Assembly (NCBI GenBank): GCA_963665095.1
Contig: OY762069.1
Location: 6,560,001-6,624,000 of the forward strand
Reading direction: 5' to 3'
Source: an uncultured Desulfobacter sp.
GTDB taxonomy: Bacteria > Desulfobacterota > Desulfobacteria > Desulfobacterales > Desulfobacteraceae
Length of the DNA stretch: 64,000 nucleotides
In this document: one piece after another, positions 1 through 8,280 of the stretch
How positions within the stretch are numbered: the stretch's first letter is position 1
Layout of the letters: every line of letters begins with the position of its first letter
Notes under the pieces: generated by a model
Seen by the model: only the letters and a program-made list of their open reading frames with translations
Told to the model about the DNA's origin: nothing
Databases searched by the model: none
Translations under genes and position numbers: made by a program

Positions 1-249
1 CCACATACGAAGGATTTTCACAATTTTATCAGCATCTATAATTTGATATACGATTCTATGTTGAATATTTAATCTTCTTGAATATGCACCAGATAGATCC
101 CCTATGAGTTTTTCATAAGGCGGTGGAGTTTGATATGGGTTTTTCTTAAAAATCTCTATGAGTCCTATTGCTTTTAACTTCAACCCTGATGAAGAAAGCT
201 TCTTCGCATCCTTCTGCGCTTGTTTTGTGTAAACAACCTTCCAAATCAC
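1..249 (-). CDS. yoeB: Txe/YoeB family toxin (runs off window edge; not in ORF track)
   Basis: GTG at 249 overlaps the antitoxin stop. It reads VIWKVVYTKQAQKDAKKL...NPYQTPPPYEKLIGDLSGAYSRRLNIQHRIVYQI...ILRMW, a typical YoeB sequence. Confidence 0.93.
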   Translation of the reverse strand, partial: MIWKVVYTKQAQKDAKKLSSSGLKLKAIGLIEIFKKNPYQTPPPYEKLIGDLSGAYSRRLNIQHRIVYQIIDADKIVKILRMW

Positions 250-488
250 CAGTCAAGATCCTCGCTGCATTCTTCTACTGGTGTTAACAGGCCTTCCTGT
301 ATGGATTCTCGCATTCCCGGAATATTTAATAAAAACATTGTTTCTTGAATTGATTTCCAGTCTTCTTCAGAAAGAAGAACAGCATTCCCTCTTTTTCCTG
401 TGATAATAATTGGTTCATGAGAAGATGATGTCTGATCGATAAGCCTATAAAGATTGGAACGGGCCTCTGTGGCAGATAATATTGTCAT
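246..488 (-). CDS. yefM: Phd/YefM family antitoxin
   Basis: ATEARSNLYRLIDQ...HEPIIITGKRGNAVLLSEEDW..IQET; directly upstream of the YoeB toxin. Confidence 0.93.
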   Translation of the reverse strand: MTILSATEARSNLYRLIDQTSSSHEPIIITGKRGNAVLLSEEDWKSIQETMFLLNIPGMRESIQEGLLTPVEECSEDLDW

Positions 489-517
489 ATGTCCTCCTTG
501 AATTTTAATTTACATAA

Positions 518-546
518 ATGGTACGCCATGACGTACGCATTGTCAA
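518..546 (-). promoter_or_regulatory. sigma70 promoter and putative autoregulatory operator of yefM-yoeB
   Basis: Minus strand TTGACA(546-541)-17nt-TACCAT(523-518). GTAC palindromes at 521-524 and 533-536 lie 12 bp apart over the promoter. Confidence 0.7.
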
Positions 547-821
547 GGTGGTGTTTTGAGACAAAAATGAAATAGGCAGAATGGGCCAATATTGTCCATG
601 AAGGAGCGCATTGGAGATAAACACTCCCCCTCCCCTCGAAAAATTCAACTGTAAATTTTATCCATTTGAAATTGATATCAGTTTGCAGGCGAGTTGCTTA
701 AGGATTCCTTCTTGAATCTTTACCCCCGGTAATTTATAACCGCAGCTATGAACGGCGGGTATCTGGTTCTTGAATAAAATCGGGCACCCAAAGCCGTTTG
801 CTTTGAAAACTATTTTAAAAT

Positions 822-1379
822 ATGGATAGAGCAGCAATGATGTCGGACTGTATCAGAAAAGTATTGCCCAATGTAAAGGATTTTAAACGCTTCTGGAAAG
901 ACCGGGGACCGTTTAAATATGCGTTGACAAGTAAGGAATATCCCCCCGTTCTGCTGGAACCGGAAGAGTGGATATTCGGCAATGACAGCGTTGAGGTTTT
1001 AAAGGAGCTGATGCAGTTTTCCCGTGATAAACTCTGCTTTGCCAAAGCCCCGTTCAACCCGGATAATAAGACGATTCTGCGCCCGGATGACATCTGTGCC
1101 TGGAAGATTGTTCATTTTCCGGAATCATGGAATGCCATGGTGTGTGATGCGTTTCTGCCCGAGGGACAGCTCACCCGGGCTGTGGCGGATGAATGCCGGG
1201 CACTGGGGCTTGATGAGGATAAAGCCGGCATTGAACAGGCTTTCTTCAGCCTGCTGGAAAGGGAGCTTGACCGCATGGGATATGTGTGGCTGTTTCCCAG
1301 GAAGGGTGCGAAATCGGCTGCCATTGCCCCGTATCTGGCTGAGTGGACAAAGGACGAGGAAGAAGCCGGCCTTATTTAG
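822..1379 (+). CDS. hypothetical protein
   Basis: 185-aa ORF with protein-like composition filling the gap; no recognised motif. Confidence 0.75.
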   Translation: MDRAAMMSDCIRKVLPNVKDFKRFWKDRGPFKYALTSKEYPPVLLEPEEWIFGNDSVEVLKELMQFSRDKLCFAKAPFNPDNKTILRPDDICAWKIVHFPESWNAMVCDAFLPEGQLTRAVADECRALGLDEDKAGIEQAFFSLLERELDRMGYVWLFPRKGAKSAAIAPYLAEWTKDEEEAGLI

Positions 1380-1544
1380 TGTTTGGACGAAAAGTTACCC
1401 ACCTGCGGCGTTGCTGCACAAACCTTAAATCCTCACGTACTGAAGTACGCTCCGGTTTAAGCTTTGCTTGCGCCTTGCATCTGGGCAACTTTTCGCCCAA
1501 ACACCGTTACAGAGCCCAAGTTTGGGTTTTTTATTCAGGCACTA
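1377..1544. repeat. palindromic MITE/REP-like intergenic element
   Basis: GTGTTTGGACGAAAAGTTACCCA (from 1379) pairs with TGGGCAACTTTTCGCCCAAACAC (to 1504). There is a central CGTAC-tgaa-GTACG hairpin, and the outer ends are TAGTG...CACTA. Confidence 0.8.
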
Positions 1545-1549
1545 TTTAA

Positions 1550-3259
1550 CTATTTAGTAGTTAGGAGTGATTTTATCTGGCTGGGTTTTGCCGGGAATTC
1601 CCAGAATCCGTTGATGCCTGATTTTTCAAACAGCGCGCTTAGTTGTATGCGGTCCATGTGTCGCTGCAAAGAGGACACAATGATGGGCACCTCCTGGGCG
1701 GAATAAAGTTCTCTTATCTCCTGGGCCAGAGTCATCACTGTCATCTGTTCAACGACAAAATCTGTGATAATGGCGGCAGGTTTTTTTTCTGAAATGAACT
1801 CAAACGCCTCCTGGGGACTGGTAAATGTCCGGGCTGTGGAACCGCAGTTATGAATCAGCCTGGCATTGACATCCAGAAAGGTGGTGGACGGGTGAATTAC
1901 CACTATGACAGGTCTGTGTTCCTTGTCTCTTTCCTCTTTGAGCCGGATGAATTTTTTTGCTGTGGCGGTGCGGTTCCTTTTTTCAAGAAGACGGATCCAG
2001 GTGTCAATAACGCTGACCGGGGCTGAGTTATGCAGGTAGTTTGAGCAGATATATGTAAATGTGTCCGAGGTCATCAGCGCTTCAATCAGATGGGTTGCAC
2101 CGGCATCCAGGATGGTGGTGGCCAGCGCTTCGCCGGATTTGGTGCCGGATTCGATTCTTTTTTTGATTTCTGCCACAATATAGTCTGAGCAGTGCCTGTC
2201 CAGGGCTTTAATGGCGCCCATGCCAACATATATCACCGGATCTGTGGCTGCTTTTACAATGGGGGCGGTGGATTCAAATTCAGGATAATGGGACAAGGCG
2301 GTGTACAGGGAAAATCGTACCAGATTGTCAAGATTTGTCTGCTCGGCAAGGGTGAGAAGATCGCCTATGGAATCGTGGGGGATGGTGCATGCCGTAAGGC
2401 GCAAAAGGTTTACCAGAAGGTCAGGCTCATCGTTGTCCAGGTTGTCGTGAAGGGCTGATGCCACTTCGTCGCCTCTGGTCCTGAAGTAGGCCAGGGCCTG
2501 AAATCGCTCTTCCATGCTGGGAGATGCCAGACGCCAGGTATTGGCCTCCAGCGGCGTCATGTCTGCCAGGGACGGTCTGGTTTTGGTCTCTGGTTTTGCC
2601 TTGGGTGCAGGCGCGGCCTTGGGTTTGGCTGCGGGTCTTGGTTTTGGAGGTGCCTTTGGTGCTTTGGGCACAGGTTGCGTCTTTTTTTTCCCTTGAAGAA
2701 ATGCCAGGGAATCCAGAATGTCCTGGCCGCACTTATCTGTCTGGGCGATCTGTTCCAGCCGCTGAACGGCTTTATCTGTGCCAATGCGCTCCAGTGCAGT
2801 GACAGCGGCCTTGCGAAGTTCCGGATCACCATAAAAAACAAATTCTGCCAGATCATCAATGAGAAATTCGGTACCAAGGCGGCCGGCAGCCCTGAAAATG
2901 TCTTCAATCAGATCCCGGTGGGTTTCCTTGCCCAGTATGTGTCTGATTAGCGGGGCAATCGGTCCGGGATGGTCCGGGTCGGTGTGATTCAGCAGGATCA
3001 GGGCAAATTTGAAATTAATATGGGCTCTGTCCATTGCCAGCTGATACAGGCGCGGCTGCAGCGGATGGGCAGGCCCCATGGTGTTCATCAGAAAGGAGAG
3101 AATATCATAGGCAGTATCATCCGGTGACAGGGCCAATCGTTCGATCACCGCCTGCTGGTCTGTTTCATTAAGGCTTAAAATTTTAATCAGGGTATCACGT
3201 GCCCCCTCAATGTCGCCGGTTTTAATGATTTTTTCAAATTCCGGAATAAATTCCGCCAT
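1550..3259 (-). CDS. HEAT-repeat protein with C-terminal receiver-like domain
   Basis: HEAT-like helices (DPELRKAAVTALERIG), a P/A/K-rich linker, and receiver motifs AIITD...IIVSS...AKP at the C-terminus. Confidence 0.8.
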   Translation of the reverse strand: MAEFIPEFEKIIKTGDIEGARDTLIKILSLNETDQQAVIERLALSPDDTAYDILSFLMNTMGPAHPLQPRLYQLAMDRAHINFKFALILLNHTDPDHPGPIAPLIRHILGKETHRDLIEDIFRAAGRLGTEFLIDDLAEFVFYGDPELRKAAVTALERIGTDKAVQRLEQIAQTDKCGQDILDSLAFLQGKKKTQPVPKAPKAPPKPRPAAKPKAAPAPKAKPETKTRPSLADMTPLEANTWRLASPSMEERFQALAYFRTRGDEVASALHDNLDNDEPDLLVNLLRLTACTIPHDSIGDLLTLAEQTNLDNLVRFSLYTALSHYPEFESTAPIVKAATDPVIYVGMGAIKALDRHCSDYIVAEIKKRIESGTKSGEALATTILDAGATHLIEALMTSDTFTYICSNYLHNSAPVSVIDTWIRLLEKRNRTATAKKFIRLKEERDKEHRPVIVVIHPSTTFLDVNARLIHNCGSTARTFTSPQEAFEFISEKKPAAIITDFVVEQMTVMTLAQEIRELYSAQEVPIIVSSLQRHMDRIQLSALFEKSGINGFWEFPAKPSQIKSLLTTK

Positions 3260-3276
3260 ATGGTCTCTCCTTAAAA

Positions 3277-4293
3277 TTAAGAATCATATCCTTTGGGGTT
3301 TTTCTGCTGCCAGTGCCAGGCGTCTTTGCACATATCGTCAATATCCAGGTCTGCCTTCCATCCGAGTTCCGCCCGTGCTTTGGACGGGTCTGCCCAGCAT
3401 GCGGCAATGTCTCCGGGCCGGCGCGGGGCGATTTTGAATGGGACGTCATGACCGCATGCCTTTTGAAAGCCTTTTATCATCTCGAGCACTGAATAGCCCC
3501 GGCCGGTGCCAAGATTGTAGATGTTGACACCTGCCTTTTCCATGAGTTTTGGCAGACAGCAGATATGTCCTCTGGCAAGATCGGTGACATGGATATAGTC
3601 CCTGACCCCTGTGCCGTCCGGCGTGTCGTAGTCGTTGCCGAACACATTGACACATGGCAACTGGCCAATGGCCACCCGGGCCACATAGGGCATCAGGTTA
3701 TTGGGGATATCCCTGGGGTCTTCGCCGATATCCCCGCAGGGATGTGCACCCACCGGGTTGAAATACCGCAGCAGGGTAATGTGCCATTTGGGATCGGAAA
3801 CATGCAGGTCGGACAGGATCTCTTCAATCATCAGCTTGGTCCGGCCGTAGGGGTTGGTTACGGACAGGGGGAAATCTTCTGTAATGGGAAGCTTGGCGGG
3901 GTTGCCGTACACCGTGGCTGATGAGGAGAACACAATGGCCGTGACACCGGCTGCGTCCATGGCCTCTATCAGGTTCAGGGTACCGGTAATATTGTTGTGG
4001 TAGTAGCGTAGCGGCTGGGATACGGATTCTCCCACTGCCTTAAGCCCTGCAAAGTGAATCACCGCGTCAATATCTTTGTGTTCTTTGAATATCGTTGCGA
4101 TGCCGGATTTATCCAGAAGATCTGTTTCATAAAAATCAAGGTCCTTTCCCGTGATCTGTTTCACCCGGTCAAGGGCCTTGGATGAAGAGTTTGAAAGATT
4201 GTCCAGAACCACGACCTCATGGTCCCTTTCGAGCAGTTCAACGCATGTATGGCTGCCGATATAGCCGGCGCCACCGGTGACAAGAATTTTCAT
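3277..4293 (-). CDS. galE: UDP-glucose 4-epimerase
   Basis: GGAGYIGSH, HFAGLKAVGES, YGRTK, LRYFNPVGAH, PNNLMPY, RDYIHV. Confidence 0.98.
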   Translation of the reverse strand: MKILVTGGAGYIGSHTCVELLERDHEVVVLDNLSNSSSKALDRVKQITGKDLDFYETDLLDKSGIATIFKEHKDIDAVIHFAGLKAVGESVSQPLRYYHNNITGTLNLIEAMDAAGVTAIVFSSSATVYGNPAKLPITEDFPLSVTNPYGRTKLMIEEILSDLHVSDPKWHITLLRYFNPVGAHPCGDIGEDPRDIPNNLMPYVARVAIGQLPCVNVFGNDYDTPDGTGVRDYIHVTDLARGHICCLPKLMEKAGVNIYNLGTGRGYSVLEMIKGFQKACGHDVPFKIAPRRPGDIAACWADPSKARAELGWKADLDIDDMCKDAWHWQQKNPKGYDS

Positions 4294-5378
4294 TGGAATT
4301 CCTTGTATGATGTCAGAAGTTTTTCTTTTTTCCAGGTTGTCTGGCTGAATAGATCAAAACATATATTACATGTTTTGCAGGCTTTTGTACAGGAGGTAAG
4401 TGTGGTGAAAAAATCGGGTCCGAGACGGGCATTGTCAATATGGTATCTTTGGGCCAGCATCTGGGGGGCATCCATGAGATCCAGAAGGTTTCCCTCAAAG
4501 CGTTTATGGATGTATGCGGTGATGCATTGTTTTAAAAAATTTACCCCCCGGGTCCGGCCGCACAGCTTAATGCCGTCGGAAAGTCCGTTGTAGCGGTCTG
4601 TATCCTCAGGCCGGATAAAAGGTGATTTTAGAAATGCATGGGGTGTCTGGGTGAAATATGCCTGGCAGCCGATCTCCTGGTTCAGCTGCCATGTGTTTTC
4701 CCTGACCAGCCCGGTATTGGATAACGAGATCTGGGCGTCATGACTGAGTTTGAACGGACAGTGGTAAATGCAGCCTTCGTTGGCCAAAAGTTCAATGCGG
4801 ATGCCTGGATACCGGGCTTTGACCACATCACAAAAAAATGAAAGGCTCTGGATGTCTCTGTTCAGGCTCCGGTCCGTGACAATGCGTGATGGGAGGTTGA
4901 ACCGGGTTTGGGAGATCAGATCTAAAAAAGCAATACATTTTTCAGGACTGTCCGGCATGGCATTGATCCCCGGCACTGCCTCAAGCCGGGGGATGATGTC
5001 ATGTCCGGTGCGGTCAAGGGCATTGAGAAGGTAGGCATCTGTTATCACAATACCTTTAAGCCCGACCGCTTTGTCAAGCCGGGCAACGGCATCAAGCATG
5101 GCGGTCAGCCGGGCAGTATCCCTGTAGACATCCGGCTCGGTGAACCGGGTGTTCATCAGAATATATTTATCAACCGCCGTGAGAGGTGACAGGGTGTCTG
5201 CAAGCTTGCAGGTGGCGGTTCCAGGATCCTGGCAGAGACGAATTCTTGAATCCAGTACAGGGCCTGATGTTAGGGGGAAATATAAGGAGGAGAGGCAGTC
5301 GGCGTGTTCTGAAAGAAAATCTGCATATCCTGCATCCGGGATAAAAGGGACTGATAATTTTATGGGAATCGTATTCAT
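4290..5378 (-). CDS. peptidase U32-like Fe-S protein
   Basis: IELLANEGCIYHCP..H, FIRPED, IKLCGR and C-terminal CxxxCxxCxxC. ATG at 5378 preferred; TTG at 5402 possible. Confidence 0.7.
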   Translation of the reverse strand: MNTIPIKLSVPFIPDAGYADFLSEHADCLSSLYFPLTSGPVLDSRIRLCQDPGTATCKLADTLSPLTAVDKYILMNTRFTEPDVYRDTARLTAMLDAVARLDKAVGLKGIVITDAYLLNALDRTGHDIIPRLEAVPGINAMPDSPEKCIAFLDLISQTRFNLPSRIVTDRSLNRDIQSLSFFCDVVKARYPGIRIELLANEGCIYHCPFKLSHDAQISLSNTGLVRENTWQLNQEIGCQAYFTQTPHAFLKSPFIRPEDTDRYNGLSDGIKLCGRTRGVNFLKQCITAYIHKRFEGNLLDLMDAPQMLAQRYHIDNARLGPDFFTTLTSCTKACKTCNICFDLFSQTTWKKEKLLTSYKEFQ

Positions 5379-5544
5379 GGGTATGGGTACATCCAAAAGC
5401 AAGAGGTTGAAAAATAAAGTAAATATGTTACATGCCGCTTAAAAATGCAAGCCTTGAACATTGACACGCCATAATGCATGGTTAACGTTAAATTTAATAC
5501 AGGTAAGTGCCTGGCAACTCGAATACAACTTAAGGAGTATGGCA

Positions 5545-5865
5545 ATGATTGAACTTTCAGATGCTGCTAAAACGCAGATCGAAAACTATTTTCAGGGGCA
5601 GGAACCAACCCCCATCAGGATTTTTTTAAATTCCGGCGGCTGAGGTGGCCCTTCGCTTGCAATGGCTCTGGATGAGCCAAGAGATACAGATGACACATTT
5701 GACGTTAAAGGGCTTAAATTCCTGGTTGACAAGGATTTTATGACAAAAGCGGAAAACATTAAGATTGATTTTAACGGTATGGGGTTTCAGCTTGATTCCA
5801 ATATTGACTTAGGCGTCGGCAGCGGTTGCGGCGGCTGCAGCTCTTCCGGATCATGCGGCAGCTAA
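5545..5865 (+). CDS. IscA/HesB-like selenoprotein (Sec at UGA 5641-5643)
   Basis: AGGAG RBS, then MIELSDAAKTQI...PIRIFLNSGG-UGA-GGPSLAMALDEP...CGGCSSSGSCGS in one frame. The UGA sits at the conserved Cys position, a SECIS-like hairpin follows, and selB is in the window. Confidence 0.92.
5644..5681 (+). promoter_or_regulatory. bacterial SECIS-like hairpin
   Basis: TGGCTC-TGGAT-GAGCCA (5663-5679), with a G-containing apical loop 25 nt after the UGA. Confidence 0.7.
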
Positions 5866-5886
5866 AGCGGTTTTAAGTCTTTTAAT

Positions 5887-5930
5887 AAAGAGGCGTCCTT
5901 GTCTGAAAAATGGCAAAGACGCCTTTTTAT
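5887..5930. terminator. intrinsic terminator between convergent hesB and marR
   Basis: AAAGAGGCGTCCTTGTC...GGCAAAGACGCCTTTTT stem with T-tract. Confidence 0.8.
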
Positions 5931-5950
5931 TTAGTGTTTAAACTTGATGG

Positions 5951-6454
5951 TTAGTCTGTATTATTTTGTTGAATGGGACCGGTGACCAGGATGGGTGAGG
6001 CCTCAATTTTATCGGCGGCCATAAGACTGACCACACGTTCAAATGCACTCATGATCATCATCTGCTCCCAGTCTTCAAGACTGGAAAAGTGATCGGTGAA
6101 TTTTTTCTGGAGTAACGGAGGCAGGTTTCTGATGATTTCCTGCCCCTTCTCAGTGAGAAAAAGGCTGACAGCCCGCCTGTCATCCTCTCTTTTTTTTCTG
6201 GCAATATAGCCCCGGGCCTCAAGCCGCTTGGTAATATCTGTCACGGTGGCCTGACTCAGGCTGGTGGCACGGGACAACGGCGTGATGGATATCTGACCGT
6301 GAAAGGAAATTTCCTGAAGCACAATAAGTTGAGGCCCTGTGAGCCCGAATTCCTTATTCAGCTTTCTGGAATGAATATCAACGGCCTGAATGATTTTCCG
6401 TATGGATATCAACAGGTTCTGGCATCTTTGGGTTGTAAGTTCTGTTTCTGCCAT
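5951..6454 (-). CDS. MarR family transcriptional regulator
   Basis: GLTGPQLIVL, SLSQATVT....RLEARGYI, DDRR.V...LTEKG. Confidence 0.93.
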   Translation of the reverse strand: MAETELTTQRCQNLLISIRKIIQAVDIHSRKLNKEFGLTGPQLIVLQEISFHGQISITPLSRATSLSQATVTDITKRLEARGYIARKKREDDRRAVSLFLTEKGQEIIRNLPPLLQKKFTDHFSSLEDWEQMMIMSAFERVVSLMAADKIEASPILVTGPIQQNNTD

Positions 6455-6643
6455 ATTTAATCTTTAAAATGGGGTCGAAGTATTTTTAAGGCGCTATTGT
6501 ATACTATTGTACGGGTTGATAGCAAGCAGAATGGTTTTGTCCTGCTTGACCCGTAACACAGCCCGTGGTAGCTTGTAATCTCAAATGCATGAGCAATTCA
6601 GTGTCAGTTTTTCAATAACCCAATGGTTCAGCAGGTGGATAAA

Positions 6644-7510
6644 ATGGTTTGGAACAGATTTGCTGTTATCTGTGTTATCTTGCTGGTAGCCCTGGGCGCA
6701 GGGTGTGGTGGCGACGATAAAAAGAAAAGTGACAAAGACATCATTCCGGGCAACTGGGTCAATCACAAAAACCGGGCTTATATTCTTGTGGCCATGGATA
6801 TCAAGGGCACCTGGACCTCCTCAGTCAGGATTGCGGATGTGACGTCAAAAATTGTCAATTCCAGGGGAACGGCCAGCGGTACCTGGCACATGGAAGAAGG
6901 GCAGCTGATTCTTACGGTAATGGCATCTGACATTGAAGATATCTGGGCCAAAAACGATACCTGCTTTTACAAAGTGCTTGAAATCGAGCCCAACCGTATG
7001 CTGCTTGAAGATGAAAAAGGCCGGCAGGGGGAGTGGACAAAAGCCGTGCACGCTCAGAAAACCGGGGCTGCAGAAATTAATCCTGTTATTTCCATGGCGC
7101 CCTATGCCGTTAATCTGGAAAAACACTCTTCCAATACAGATGACCGATACCTGTGCATAAATATACACCTGGAGCTGATGGAACTGATGCCGGATCAGCC
7201 TGTACCCCAGTTTCACCCCAGGGCCAGGGATGCTGTTATCACGTATCTGAGTTCTTTAACTTATGATGATGTCTCTGATTATGAACGGGTCAAGATCCAG
7301 AAGGAAAAGCTTAAAGATGTGGTCAATCCTTATATGGACGGGTTGGTTAAAGAGCTTGTCATAGACCATGTGGTGATCGTCTCCACTGCGGCCCAGGTGG
7401 AAGCCTTTATCATTGAGCACACCGGAGCCAGTGATGAAAAACCCGCTGAAAATGAAGGGGAAGAGGGTGATCAGGAAGAGGGCAAAGAGGCAGACAAGGA
7501 TAAATCCTGA
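6644..7510 (+). CDS. lipoprotein with C-terminal FliL-like domain
   Basis: Lipobox-type signal (LGAG-C); C-terminal YAVNL...RYL.I...PRARDAVITYLSS..Y....KEKLKDVVN. ATG 6644 follows AGGTGG. Confidence 0.7.
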   Translation: MVWNRFAVICVILLVALGAGCGGDDKKKSDKDIIPGNWVNHKNRAYILVAMDIKGTWTSSVRIADVTSKIVNSRGTASGTWHMEEGQLILTVMASDIEDIWAKNDTCFYKVLEIEPNRMLLEDEKGRQGEWTKAVHAQKTGAAEINPVISMAPYAVNLEKHSSNTDDRYLCINIHLELMELMPDQPVPQFHPRARDAVITYLSSLTYDDVSDYERVKIQKEKLKDVVNPYMDGLVKELVIDHVVIVSTAAQVEAFIIEHTGASDEKPAENEGEEGDQEEGKEADKDKS

Positions 7511-7536
7511 CATACAACTGACATACAAAGTGATGA

Positions 7537-8172
7537 TTAGTCCATAGGACGGATTACCAGAACAGCGCCTGACTGAATAGCGACCCGGGCGCGGTTTTCC
7601 CTGAATACATTGCTGATGCCAAGAGAGGAACCCATAAAAAGTGTTTTATCAGTTAAGGGGTATTCCAGTCCTTCCAGGGTCAGACCGGTGACCCTGTCCG
7701 ATGCCGGGATGACCGACAGCAGGTCCCCGGGGTGGCCGTCAAGGTCCAGACTGCCGGTCACCAGATGGATGTCGTTTCTGTTATCTGAAATGGTGGCGGT
7801 CATGTTGTGTGCTTCAATTTTTCGTAAAAGGAAAATATTGGCAAGGGTATGGTCAAGACGGCTGCTGGTGGCGCCAAGGATATGAAGATCGGTACATCTG
7901 TGTGCGGCGGCGTATTCAATACACAGCTCCATATCTGTCTGGTCTTTTCGTGTTGGGTGCTTTAATATTTGCACCTGTTTGTTTTTGAATAACGAAAGGA
8001 TCTTTGGGGGAACGGAGTCCAGATCCCCGATAATAATGCCGGGTATAAGTTTCATCCGGTAAAGATGAACTGCCCCGCCGTCCGCAGCAATGACCATGTC
8101 CGCCTGGTGAATCAGGGATAAAATCCGGTCTGTCTGAACCAGATCCCCGTTTGCTATAATAACCATTTTCAT
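7537..8172 (-). CDS. thiN: thiamine pyrophosphokinase
   Basis: IAADGG, IIGDLDS, KDQTDMEL, RLDHTLAN, GLEYPL, SLGISN. Confidence 0.95.
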   Translation of the reverse strand: MKMVIIANGDLVQTDRILSLIHQADMVIAADGGAVHLYRMKLIPGIIIGDLDSVPPKILSLFKNKQVQILKHPTRKDQTDMELCIEYAAAHRCTDLHILGATSSRLDHTLANIFLLRKIEAHNMTATISDNRNDIHLVTGSLDLDGHPGDLLSVIPASDRVTGLTLEGLEYPLTDKTLFMGSSLGISNVFRENRARVAIQSGAVLVIRPMD

Positions 8173-8243
8173 AATCGGTTTTTTTACCAGAAACAGAAAA
8201 GAATGGAAACAGAACTATTTATAGGTCTGGCCTGTGATTTGTA

Positions 8244-8272
8244 TTGACACCGGATAAACGAAAACATATTTT
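8244..8272 (+). promoter_or_regulatory. sigma70 promoter of lptF
   Basis: TTGACA-17nt-TATTTT ending 8 nt before the ATG. Confidence 0.6.
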
Positions 8273-8280
8273 CCCATCCA

